Positions 36,028 through 48,100 of a stretch of DNA of 64,000 nt are shown piece after piece. Location of the stretch: the NCBI GenBank assembly GCA_002633005.1, contig NMRA01000230.1, positions 125,453 to 189,452 of the forward strand. Direction: 5' to 3'. The notes below the pieces were generated by a model. The model had not been told where the DNA came from. It ran no database searches and was given only the letters and a program-made list of their open reading frames with translations. Made by a program: the position numbers and the translations under genes. The stretch's first letter is position 1, and every line of letters begins with the position of its first letter. This stretch comes from Phoronis australis (taxonomy: Eukaryota > Animalia > Phoronida).

Positions 36028-39000
36028 TTCTAAGCAAAATGTTGAAAACGGAGTCGATAGAGTGCCTCAAGGTGTCAATAAATGTCTGGATGTCGGTGAA
36101 ATTTCCTTTGTCGATTGGGGTCTGAATGCACGGGGAATTTGAAGAAGTACTGCCGATATCACGTCTATGCTAAGATATTCCTATTTGTAAGGCCACTGAG
36201 ATGGTTCGGGTTCTATAGCTCAAGTGGCTGTTTTTTCACAGATACATGTACCTCAAATAGACTCATGGCCCAAGACTTGTGAGTCCTGGGACTGGAGTTT
36301 GCCCTCCGTGTATGGAACATTTTTGGGACGTGAGTGAAACTAGGGTCGCTGTTCTGTAGATTGATAACGCGTGTTCAGTGACTGCTGTTCTAGAATGGAG
36401 TTCTTTGCGCCCATGGTTAATGCTGCTATCGAATAGTAGAGAAATCGCTCTATCTAACCGCCGTGCTACCAAGTGTGACACAACAGGCGAGATAGCTGTA
36501 GATTAGTCCCTAGTCTCGCTCACCCTGCCTCCGTAACGATTAGATTCTGGTGAACAACTCTGACATATGGTTCTTTATTGATCAAAGAAGGATGTGAAAC
36601 GCTTATCAAAGCACAGTGCCTAAAGCGAATCGAAAACTTACCGTCGGAGTTTTCGAAATCCACCGGGGTTTGCTGGACCGAAGATAATACAGTAGGCGTG
36701 AGACATATTCGACTAAACATGCGACGATCAAAGCAATATGGACACGAATGACTATGATTGAAAAAATGCTAAGCAATCTCAATCCTAGAGCTGACGGGTC
36801 TAGAGTTGGGACATCTTCGAAAGAAAACTCACCGCTTAGCACCTAAAACTGGCCTGTCGGTGGCTTTTTTTCGTCGTAATCCGGAAGGAGAGGAGGGACT
36901 GAGCCTCATGGTCCCCTAATGCTGCCTATGGTGAACTTACTGTATGTTAGACTTAAGGTTATCTCAAACCTTATTAACTCGTGAGACTAAGCTTTGTCAA
37001 CCAGCAAAAGTACCATTATTATCATATTAATTTAACACCTTTTTAAGTCAAAATTTTATTTTTATGAAAGACAAATTCACAGAAAAATAACCGCCGTTCG
37101 ATTTTAATGAAATTTTTTTTAAATGAAAACTTCACCAGTTACTTGTACATCAGAAACGCTGTTAGGAATTTTCGATTAGACTTTTCGTTTGGTTTCTATG
37201 ACAAATCAGCTCGCAAATTGTAAGCTATTTTGTAAAAAATAGAAGTCGTATCCGTCTTTGTTCAATTACGCAAAAACTATATCGAAAATCATAACAGCGA
37301 TTTTGAGACTGATGAATAAATATTTGATTTGGAAAGTTTCAGCGAAATCCACCGAGCCGTTTTTAAGAACTCGTGTTCCTCAGTTCAAGTAAAATCGATA
37401 TGCCGAAGCCGAGAAAAATCCAAGTAAATTGGGACGAATGAAATTCTCAATGTTAATTATTCGGTGAAAACTTGTTTCGGTCAATATAACCTATACATGC
37501 CTTAACACAGTTAGCGATTTCAACATTCACTCGCAATTCAACTGAATTTGCAGTGCAGTGCGTAATTAACTTAATCAGCGCTCATAAAACGGTTTTTTTT
37601 ACCGTCCCCAGCCAAAAGGTGGGATCAACTATACCGACCTACTTAAAGTCCTGGTCTCAAACTGCCCATGTGGTTTCAGTACCCGAAAATACTTACTACA
37701 TAAAATCTTATTTTCGACACCCTTTCTTTATATTCTTTTCGCCGTTCTTGCCAAAAGCCATTTTTAACAGTATTTGACCCTTTTCTGTGAAGGCATAATT
37801 ACCGGCTGTCATCGGTTATTTCCGTACTCACAATTCCGGCTCATCAGTTCAGGAACTTGTCCTGAACGCCGCCATTTTTTCCTTGTACCTGAATGTGCTA
37901 TCGCCTGCTCGAAAAGTCTTCATTATTTTGTTTTATTAGTAATATCTCGTGATTCGTTTGTGTGTTTAGTGTATTTATAGTTTGTAGTTTGTGGTCGTTG
38001 AATTTTTTTGGAATGTTACGCGTACTTATTAGGTTAAAATAGCATTGGTGTTTAGTTCCTTACGTAGGGCGGTCGAACCTAAGACCTGGGAACCAATATG
38101 AGTCGAACCAATTTTTCCGTTTTGATTTTTTTCTCGTTTTGAAAAAACTGCTTTGCTATTATCGGAAAGGTAGTGCATTCTATTCAGTAAAATTCGAAAA
38201 AGTATCAAAATGGGGGCAAGCAGTATAAAGTTATTGCAATTTTTGTGGCGAAATTTGGGTCACTTTGTTTAGATCGCGCCGGCCATATTGGAGGACAGCG
38301 GTATAATTTACAGTTTAAAACTTTGTGTAAATTGTGTTCGCCAACAATTTGCGGTGAAATTTAGTGAGACATATCTTTATTTACTATTTTGCACGATTCA
38401 ACAGTGTTCACCGAATTTCAGTCTCGTAGTTGTTACTCATTAAGTGATAAATGTGCTCACAATTCCTGTTGGACTTGTCTCATTTCTGGCGGCACCGACA
38501 ACATGGCGTCTTTTGCTGAACTGGAAGGCATGTTCAACCTGTTACTTTGTAATTTGTGAAGATTTATCGTTGAAACATTTTGACAAAGGTCATAGTGCTA
38601 CAAAAAGGAACTTTGTTCAATTTTCGTGTTTTTGGTTTTTTTCAAGGCTTGATTAGGTGTCACAAAATGATTCATATTTTTCTAAATTTTAAGTCTCAAT
38701 TGCTTTCAAGTCATGTTTTGTAACTTATTGCTTCTTAATTCAGGTTATTAAGTCAACAATATGAATAATCTTAATTTTGAGAAATAAGCTATGTTGGATT
38801 GTGAAGCTTCAAGCCTCCAATTCTTGTTCCTTGCAACTTCATATTTTTTAATCATGCTTGTCAAATTCTGGTGTAAGGAAACACTATTCGGTCACCATGG
38901 TAATAGCTACATGTATGTCCACTTTCGTATCGTGGAAACTTTTGCTGTTGAAAAGTGTTTGTAATGCTCAATGTTGTAAAGTATTGTGCATTTTAAGTTA

Positions 39001-39244
39001 CTTATTATGTTAAAAGGTTGAATCATTTTGGCTTAATGAATAAAAAATAATAACACTTTTTATTGGACTTGTCATACTTATGTGCTCGAACGAGCCTACT
39101 ATTTGGAGAAATGGAAAAAGGTCTGCCTCAGTCAGAGAAGCACGAACTCCGAAAAAGTAGAAAACGAGACGATGTTCCACTAGAAGACAGGAAGTACCCA
39201 GTGAATCTTATAGTAAAAGATATACATTCCCAAAAATTCCAGCC

Positions 39245-39397
39245 CAGTGGCGGATTTAGAGGGGGTCCATGCCCCCCCTAAAATTCTCCCATATTACATT
39301 TGGCAGTTCGGGGGTGCAAGTGTCTGACGGGAAAACCCTGGCTAATACTCTGTCCTGCCCCCCCCCCCCTTAACTCAAAATCCTGGATCTGCCCCTG
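39245..39397. mobile_element. MITE, family B (TIR CAGTGGCGGAT), 5-bp TSD CAGCC/CAACC
   Basis: Ends CAGTGGCGGATT / GGATCTGCCCCTG; body homologous to 62806-62959. Confidence 0.75.
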
Positions 39398-40654
39398 CAA
39401 CCCTCCATTTTTTAAGCTTGGTGCGCTCATACAAAGTCTGGGAAAATCTCTGTTGAAAGCCAACAACTTTGCACAGTTCGCCAGAAGTACCCAAGTTCTA
39501 AATAAACCTAGTTTGAGAGAGCGCTGTAGCCAGCGATCAGGTAGGCCTAAGGGTAACCTTGGCCCAAAGCTGTTTGGGCCTACTAACAAGCTAGCTGTGT
39601 TTTGACGGTAGTCTTCGTACTGGTAGCTGGCACTGAGGCTAGCTAAGGGCTGCCGCGGCTGTGTGACAGAGGATTAACCAGCCCGTAATTTTATGCAAGT
39701 GTCTGAAACTACCTTTGAATATATATAAGGCATTTATGATTTGAACATTTTACTTCGAAAAAAACAGCTTGCAACCGCATGCATTTACCGTTCGCTAGTG
39801 TCTCGTCTCGATCCGCACCGGTCCGATGCTGCGGTTCCGAGTCCGGCAAAATAGTTTCTGTCAAAATTTATTCGCCACATTTCTTCAGAAAATTGGATGA
39901 AATTGTTCGTATTTTTATTCTATTAAAATTAAGGCGCGATGTCGATTATTTTATCCCTGTTTGCAGGCTGGTAATAGGTACTCGTCCATTCACACTTACG
40001 GCGTTTTCTTAATGGCTAGCCTGGGTTCCTGAATGAATTGTATTTCCGGGTTCGCGGCAACTTCAAAATGGCGGTCGTTCTTCGGGTGCGAATCGTGAGT
40101 GGCGCGTTCATTAAACTTTTTTCGAGTACGGATCGTGTATTAGTTATGGGATAAGTACTTCTTAGATCCTTATAACATCCTCTAACCATGTAATAAGTGT
40201 TAACAACGTGTGAGACAAGGACTTTAAAAGTAAGTCAACATGAGTTCACTATTATACTCACCACGCGCCTGGAGACTCATACAAAATCAAGTAAGAAATG
40301 AATAACATAAATTGAGTCAGTGATTAAAGCATGAGAATGAAACAGCGAAATGCCAAATTACCTGTCGATCGATTTAAGAAATGTGGGTGAGCGTTTATCT
40401 CTTCTCACAACTGGCTGTGTTCGTGACTACAGAGGCGTGAGGCGACTCGGAACATTCGTTCCCAACGGTCGATCGTATACTTGTAGACGCACAAGTACCT
40501 GAGGATCAAAAATTGCGTTTTTTCCTTCTTTTCCCGGCACCGTTCAATCATATCTTCACCTCGTTGACTCAATTTTATGTCGATTCTGTGAATGAAACGA
40601 CTGAGGGTACATGCGAAGCTGCTCTGTACCTAGTGGGAGATTCGATTTGAGTGA

Positions 40655-40707
40655 CAGTCCTACCTTTGATTGACAGCCCTACCTTTGATTGACAGCCCTA
40701 CCTTTGA
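40655..40707. repeat. 18-bp tandem repeat x3
   Basis: GACAGCCCTACCTTTGATT-like unit repeated. Confidence 0.8.
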
Positions 40708-41285
40708 GCTGGGATAAGTGGCAAACAAATTTCCTCGCGGTTGTGAGGTTCCAATGTGGTTCCGCTAGATATTTCGTATTTAAAGTTCTCCGAAAACGAA
40801 GTTAAGGTATTTTGCTCGACATATCTCAAATACTGTAAATAATTATAGCCAAATTTTACGTGAGTCTGCAATTCATTAACTAAGCGCTCACCGCGGGAAA
40901 AGTCCACCCTTCGGTGTAACCAGTTTGGCAACGCGATTTCGCCGGTATCGCTTGCAGAAGTGGAATCTACAGTGGCTATTACTCTTTGACACAGTGCCAC
41001 CTTATACTGGAAAGTGGCCCTGTGGAACCATGATGAACAATACACGGAATTCCATGTGTGTGGGCTTCAACTGAATGCGCATGCTTGCAAACACCTTTCA
41101 TGCACTGCACTTGTTTGGGCTAAGCCACTCGATCGGGGTTGCTTTGATTTTGTTTACTTCAATCACTGCCCGTTTAATAAATTTCAACTGTTCAAGTCAA
41201 AGATGATCGCCATAAAGTACTACGTAACAACACACAGTGCTCCCCGGCTTCGTAGCTCAGCAAAAGAGTGTACAGTGGCTACAAC

Positions 41286-41423
41286 AATTGACCTATCGCC
41301 AGGATTTTGAGTGACGGCTCAACTGACCATTCAGAACGCAGGATTATTGACACACCTTCGTTTCCAAGTCGCCATTTTACCCGACAAGCAGTACGTTGCC
41401 GGGTAAAACTTATTGTTTGTTAG
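41286..41423 (-). mobile_element. Truncated inverted copy of MITE family A abutting the Gypsy LTR
   Basis: Reverse complement of the right part of 27423-27602. Confidence 0.75.
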
Positions 41424-43700
41424 TCGAGAATTCCACCAGCCAATCAGAAACGCCAGTGTATAAAAATTTCCCGGCACGCACGGAACCAGCAACGGTGATT
41501 ATCAATAAAGCCTGAGCCCCGCCCACCAGCTCTTATCACTCAGCGACCTTGTGTTATCGTCAGGACTTCATTTGAACTCTCGTCAGCGATATGGTGTTAT
41601 CGCCAGGACTCTAAACTTACTCACTTCCTCACCCACCGGCTTGTAACGTTGTTTTCTTGTTGTTTAGATTATAGTTTGTTACTTTGTTTCTTGTTTGAAA
41701 ACTCGTCGTTACTACTCCACTGTGGTACGTAACATATTGGGGGCCAGCCCGGGAGACTCAACCATTAGACTGCAGGTTATTTTCACTCGTCCTTTCCATG
41801 TTGTTATTTAATAGCTTATTGAGTTTAACAGTTAGAAGGTCGATAGCTATGGCTGTGAGTGCTTTCTTGGCGTCGCCAATCCCTGACAAGTACGTTGCTT
41901 GAGTTCAGAAAACTGAATTGTTGGAAATTGCTCGTCAGGTATATCTCATGCTAAAGCTCAGTTTAGGAAGGGAGATACTGCGAGATTTGTTGCCGAGTAT
42001 TATGTTGATGAAGACACTTTTGCGGAGGTTGCCCTAGTTAGGTTCAATTTCCGCCTGTCTCTGAAAACCAAAGAGTTGATCTTGAGGTGGAAAGATTGAA
42101 ACTAGAGCATAGAAAGTTAGAGTTAGTAGACCATAGCGAGAAACAGAGACAGTTTCAACTAGAACAGAGAACTATCAAGGCAGGGGAATGGGAAAGGGGA
42201 GACTGCTGCAGTTTGAGATAGAAAAGCTAAGACTTGCAAGTATATCCCCTCTGGTGGTCATTTGTACACTTTTGTAGCAAGTAGGTAAATTAGGATGGTT
42301 CCACCATTTGTGGAAATTGAAGTTGATAAATATTTTTAACACTTTGAGAAGGTAGCCGTGAGCTTGAATTGTCCTAGACAATATTGGTTTATTATGTTGC
42401 AAAGCGTAATCAAAGGAAAAGCCCAGCAAGCCTCTTCTGCCCTGTCTGTAGACGACGCGTCCAACGTCTGACTACGAGACAGTGAAACAGACAATTCTCA
42501 AAGCTTATGAATTAGTACCGGAGGCATATCGTCAGATGTTTAGAAACTTGCGTAAAAGAGACAGCCAAACCTTTGTAGAGTTTTCTTACGAAAAGGGAGT
42601 TTACTTAGAACGATGGTGTGCCTAATGGTCTGTTGGTGGAATTTTCGATAGGTTAAAGGAATTACTGCTTGTTGAAGAGTTTATAAACTGTGTCAACAAC
42701 GACATTAAAACTAATCTTGACTAGAGAGATGTCAGTTCTCTGCAAAATGCTGCGAAGCTTGAAGAGTACACAGACCGAAGCAACGTTTCAGTCGACTTGG
42801 TGTCAATAAGGGTAAACCGACTCAAAATGCTGATGGGTCTAGTTTCAGTCAGTCTCCTGAAGTTAAAGGTAAATCGGTTGGCAGTGTTAATTAACCTGCA
42901 ACAACAATTATATTGGGAGGGTGATCTGCCACCACTGAAGAAACCGGGTCATGTTATGTCAGATTGTTGGGCGCTGAAGCGGTCAAAAGAATTTCAGACT
43001 TTACCTAATGCTTTCATCAAGTCAGTTTCTAATACACCAATTACTTTAGATCTTACATTTAGTAGAGACAGATCGCTTGGTGAGTCCTTAGACCCTATTA
43101 AGCATGGTGTATTGAGGGAAGATTTCCTTCCGTTTGTATCCCATGGATTTGTGTCACTAGGCGAGGGTACCACCCCTGTACCTATTCGTATCCTTTGCGA
43201 TAGTGGGGCATCTCAGTCTTTGTTATTAGAAAATGGTTTCCCTTTCTCGTCTGAGAGTGCCACTGGTGAGGCCAATCTCACTCAAGGAATTGAAAGGGGT
43301 GTAGTCTCGATCCCTCTTCATTACGTGTTATTGAAAACAAACTTAGTGTCAGGACCTATTGTTGTTGGACTTAGGTCTAGCCTCCCTGTTAAAGATGTGT
43401 CAGTATGTTATTAGGCAACGATTTGGCTGGTATCAACGTTTCCCCCTCGTGTGCAGTGACACGTTTGAGTGACTCACTTGATTTGCCAGATGAGCCTGTT
43501 ACTGTATTGGGTGACCTGTCCTTATCCAGGACGCAGCTTCTTGTCGAGCCGTCTGCTGACCCTGAATTATGTGAGTTGAAAGAGAAGCCTCCTGACAGTC
43601 CAGCTAGTGGTGAATGGGTAGTTGTTGATAAAAAATGTCAAATTTGATTGGGCTGAACCTTGTCGAAATGTGTTTGAGGAGTTAAAGGACATGTTGTGTA
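41424..43700 (+). mobile_element. Decayed Ty3/Gypsy (Gmr1-like) LTR retrotransposon: partial LTR, tRNA-Pro PBS, frameshifted gag with SCAN-like capsid region and Zn-knuckle remnant, aspartic protease; pol mostly deleted
   Basis: LTR with TATAAAA and AATAAA, ending ...GTAACA (41734). PBS TGGGGGCCAGCCCGGGA (41738) resembles the tRNA-Pro complement TGGGGGCTCGTCCGGGA. gag remnants VPPFVE.EVDKYF, KGKAQQA, DYETVKQTILKAYELVPEAYRQMFR, KELLLVEEF; KKPGHVMSDCW; protease ILCDSGASQSLL. Multiple stops and frameshifts. Confidence 0.88.
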
Positions 43701-43727
43701 ACTTAGTTTCCTGTGCTTCAGTTGCCT

Positions 43728-44840
43728 GTTTTTATGTAGCTCGTCACCATACCGTTTGGCAGCGAATCCAAGTGTAAAATATCTGCTCGAATTCAAAAAA
43801 CTTCTTTTCTCGATGATAATGTGGCTTTAAGCGTCACTTGTCCGGGCGTCCGGATGTCGGTTAGATATGTCAAAATTTCCGGGTTGAATTTTGACAAAAT
43901 TTGGTACAAGAGTGTAGGACACGACTGTAGAACGGATCATCCGCTTTTCAATCTGTTTCATCCCTTGGGATCAGAGGGGCGTGTTTTTTACTGTTTTTTG
44001 GGGGAAAGAGCGTTTCCGGATAATATCTAGAGAACGCATTGACGAATTTCAATGAAACTTGTTGACACAACAAGCGCGTGTGATACCAATGTGCCGGAGC
44101 GATTAAATTTTGTGGCGGATTCGACGACTATAGCACTTTCTATTGGCGATTTTGTTCTGGGTGAATGGGTTTTCAAGTGCTGTTTTGGAGAGACGAGCGT
44201 TTCCGGATGATATCCAGAGAACCTGCGGGTGGATTGCGTAGAAACTTGTCACAGAGGTATATTATGAGATTGTAGCATTGTGCGGGCATCGACTTCTGCA
44301 GTGCCTCCTATTGGCCATTTTGTGTGTAAGCGTTTCCGGATGATATGCAGAGAACCGAGTGAAGGATTTCAATGAAAGTTGACGCAGATGTTTGTAAAGA
44401 CCGATAATTAGAGAAAGGAGGTGCGGTTTAGATTGAAACTTGGTACAGAGATACATCACGTAAATGCTCCAAAACCATTTGATTTTGGACGGATTCGGCA
44501 AATGTGGCATCTAATTGTGGCCATTTTGATTTCTACATGGAGTTTTGAAATGTTGTTTGGGAGAACAACATTTCTGGATGGTGATATAAAAAAGAGATTG
44601 TCGGATTTCATTTAAACCTAACTCTAAGTTTTATAATGAGGTCGCCCCAGCACCATTTGCTTTAAGAGACTGGTCTTAGTAACTATAGTGCCTCCTAGTG
44701 GTCACTTTGTGTGAGATTTTCCGAATGATATGTAGAGAAGTTAGAGAAGGAATTCAATGAGTGTTGTATGATTGCAATGTGCAAGCAGCATTAAATTTTC
44801 GACCAGATTTGACCATTACAGGACCTTCTAGTGGGTTTTA
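43728..44840 (+). mobile_element. Helentron/HINE-like repeat with tandem degenerate modules
   Basis: Recurrent CGTTTCCGGATGATAT..AGAGAAC....GATTTCAATGAAACTTG modules and a GTCCGG-type microsatellite near the start. Confidence 0.5.
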
Positions 44841-45136
44841 AGTTCTTGTCAAAGGGTTTATTAAAATGTTGTCTGCACTTACAATATTTTCGATAACTGT
44901 AGGCGTTTTTAAAATCTTGTGAATTGTTTTAAATACGTATTTAAATGTGTATCGATGTATAAATGTGTTTCTTTTGCAAGGCGTTATATTTTGGGGTCGC
45001 GATTTCACAAAAATGGGTGACTTAGTTGGTAACCAACCGCTTTGGCGCCTATTTTCGAAAATACCCAGAAAACAGAGAAGAACAATGTAATGTTTACATT
45101 TTCCTCTCACTTTATTCTTCAGACCTACGGTGAAAG

Positions 45137-48100
45137 ATGAGCGCTGAAGATCTTCACATGAAGATTTTACAAATCCTTGATGAACAAATTACAGACGACG
45201 ACTTCAAAAAAATCCGTTTTGCCTGCAAACCTAATATACCGTATGTATAGAAGCTCATTGGTCTAGTGATTGAACTCAAGGCCATTTAAAGGGTTTCAAC
45301 GTTGAAAATTAAACTTTCTTTTTGGTACTCACAATTGCCTTAACTCGAACACTAGGGTCTCTTTCCACGATTATCTTTTTGTGCACAAACACTTTAACAC
45401 GTCTCTTCTTCCTGATGTCTCGCAGTTCTATAAGCAGAAAAACAAATTGTTTTGTCTCGCTGGACTACTTTACATATAGACTGGTGTCATCGATGAGGAA
45501 CAATAGTTAAAGTCATAATTTGAAGTCAAACATTTCTGTTTTCTACTGGTGCCGGTCATTATATTTTGATTGCAACGTGAGCACCAGGCAAAAGTAATCA
45601 GACAAAATATTGTTTTCTTGCCATTACGGCTAATTCTGTGTTCAGCAAAATGAATGGTATTATAACTATTAGAGCTGCAAACTTCTAGCTACGAAATGGC
45701 TTCCTGTTAATTCGTTTTATTCTCGGCCGTGAGCGAAAATTATTATGACAATGAACTCGGTTTCCGCCCAGCAGTCATGACTGGGAATGCTGGGTCATTT
45801 TGGCTTGTACTGTGCGTATTTTGCAATCCCGTGAGAACCTTGAGACAAATTATTATCTTAGCCTTTCAAAGCGAAACAAGTTATGGGCTGGTTCTTACCT
45901 TCGTTGACTCCAAACTTTGAAGAAACTACGTTTAACGAACGGGCATACTCATCGCTGGGATACCGTGAAGCGAAACAAGTTATGGGCTGGTTCTTACCTT
46001 CGTTGACTCCAAACTTTGAAGAAACTACGTTTAACGAACGGGCATACTCATCACTGGGATACCGTGAAAAACAGAGCACGGTGATTGATATGTCAGTCAT
46101 CAAAACTAACACTCCTGCTCATTTTCTACGCAACTAACAACCAGTTAATTTGAGGATTTTTATGTAAATAGACGAATGTTTGTCCAAAGGTGGACACTCC
46201 TAACTAGCAAAAAAGGCTGGGGGAATACTTGTCATTTGTCCAAATCATTCATCGCAGTTATTCGTTTATTAATTCGTCGCTGTCGGTTCTGAAAGGTGTT
46301 GTCAACTATGAAATCACTAGTACGTGTCCATTGGGCTTATACTGAGCCAGAGGGACCCGATCTGTAGGATTTTTAAATAGGTGTTCCTTTGTACTTTCCG
46401 CTGGCCCATTTATTTTAGGGCTTCCCACTTCATTCATAAGTGCCATTTTCAAATGATAACATTTTCTGCTCGAAAAGTTGATTTTTGAAAAGTTAATGGG
46501 ATATTTTAACACTTTTTTTAAAATGACGCCTTTCATTTATTCATTGTTCATGGAAATATGTATTCATTAATGACATTTGTTTTAAAAGTCTTCTTTCTAA
46601 TGGTTACGAATTGTGTTTTAAAACTGTCTGAGTAAAATAGAAACCAGAAGAACTTTGTGGTTGATAAAGTCTGATGTGGGTCCCGCAATTTTTAGCTTCG
46701 GTCATGCCTTAAGATACTCTTTCGGTCCATTAAATTTTGTACAAAAAGAGATTTATCGCAAAACAACCTTATTCGAACGTATTTTCAAATGATGTCCTAT
46801 CAATACGACACCATTTTTTCAAAATAAACGGCAAGTAATATACATATTGTCGTAATTTTAGCTACACTTTACTGATTTAATCACCAGCATTTTGATTATT
46901 TTTTCCAACGTCTTGGAAGCACTCCAAAAATACCCTTATGCTTCTTTTGCGTTTTTCCCGTCTGTCTCTTCACCACCAGGATTAAGATGGGCAACTTTTG
47001 TAACTTGAGCAATACGATGAGTAGTAAGTAAAAATCTCTGGTTTATGATATGAGAAATGTGCCCATAAGAACACGATTGCAATACACGAGAAAAGAAAAA
47101 CTACTCCCAAGAAGTGAATTGCTGTATTCTTGATAAAGGAGCAATTTTTATGAGAACACATGCCCCTAGGAGTGAGACGAGAACGTTTTGTTCTTTCATT
47201 TTAAACCAGGCCTGCCCAGTTGCAAAGGATTAAAACCATGAGAGACTTGATTACCACATTAGAAGATAAAGGTCTTATTGGTGTGGGCAATTATACGTTA
47301 CTGCTTAAGATTCTGAACGACCACAAGATGCTGAGGGTGAAAAGGCTAGTCGAAGATGTTGCCAAGGGGATTACCAGTCCACTCTCAAGTAAGTCAGTAA
47401 TGATGAATTTGCCTTTATATTGCTGAGATAATTGACTTAAGAAGGACTAATCTTTGTAAATCTAGTGGCAGTACATTAAAACAAGCGCGCAGCTCTTCAG
47501 AAAGACAAAAAATGTAAATCTGCTTCAGCCATCTACTACGTGACACTACACCAGATCTAGTTCGGCCGTCAGCAGCGCCAGTGTCATTGTTGCTCTGTGC
47601 AGTTTCAGCATATCCAATGATTATACTTATCGTGACTGGTGACCATCTGTGGTTACTTTTAATTATCACTTGTAGCCGGGAATTTCATGATGACAAAATG
47701 TAGCAGTACCATTATTTCTATTTTCAGTTGACTGTGGCAGCGCTACGCAGTGTGACGATGATGACTGTGAGTACTACTGTGTATTATATTGAATTCTGTG
47801 ACTGGGCATCATGTGGACCTAGTCCCTTTACATCCTGATTGGCTTCGCTTCCTGTTTCCTTGATAATGGGAATTTTTAAAAAGTCCTTCTTCCATTTTCC
47901 GCAGCATCAATGACTCGGGTTCGTGGTTCCTTGATTATATGGATGTTTTGAAAGCGACTCTTCTTTCATATTCCACATCCAGAAGGACATGGCTTCATGG
48001 TCCCGTGATAACTGTTGTTTCCGAAAAACACCTACCGTTTTCCACGGTCTCAATAACTTGGCATCATAGACATTGATAACAGTGATTTTGCATCCACACG

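Noticed and set aside
36040-36842. Coding-looking patches with short ORFs (similar at 58940-59380)
   Set aside because: No motif or consistent exon chain found; probably decayed transposon sequence.
41738-41755. tRNA-like sequence as a tRNA gene
   Set aside because: Only the ~18-nt complement of a tRNA-Pro 3' end, i.e. a retroelement primer-binding site.
45858-46137. 84-aa ORFs on both strands with a 33-aa repeat
   Set aside because: Result of the 99-bp intronic duplication; no splice or homology support.
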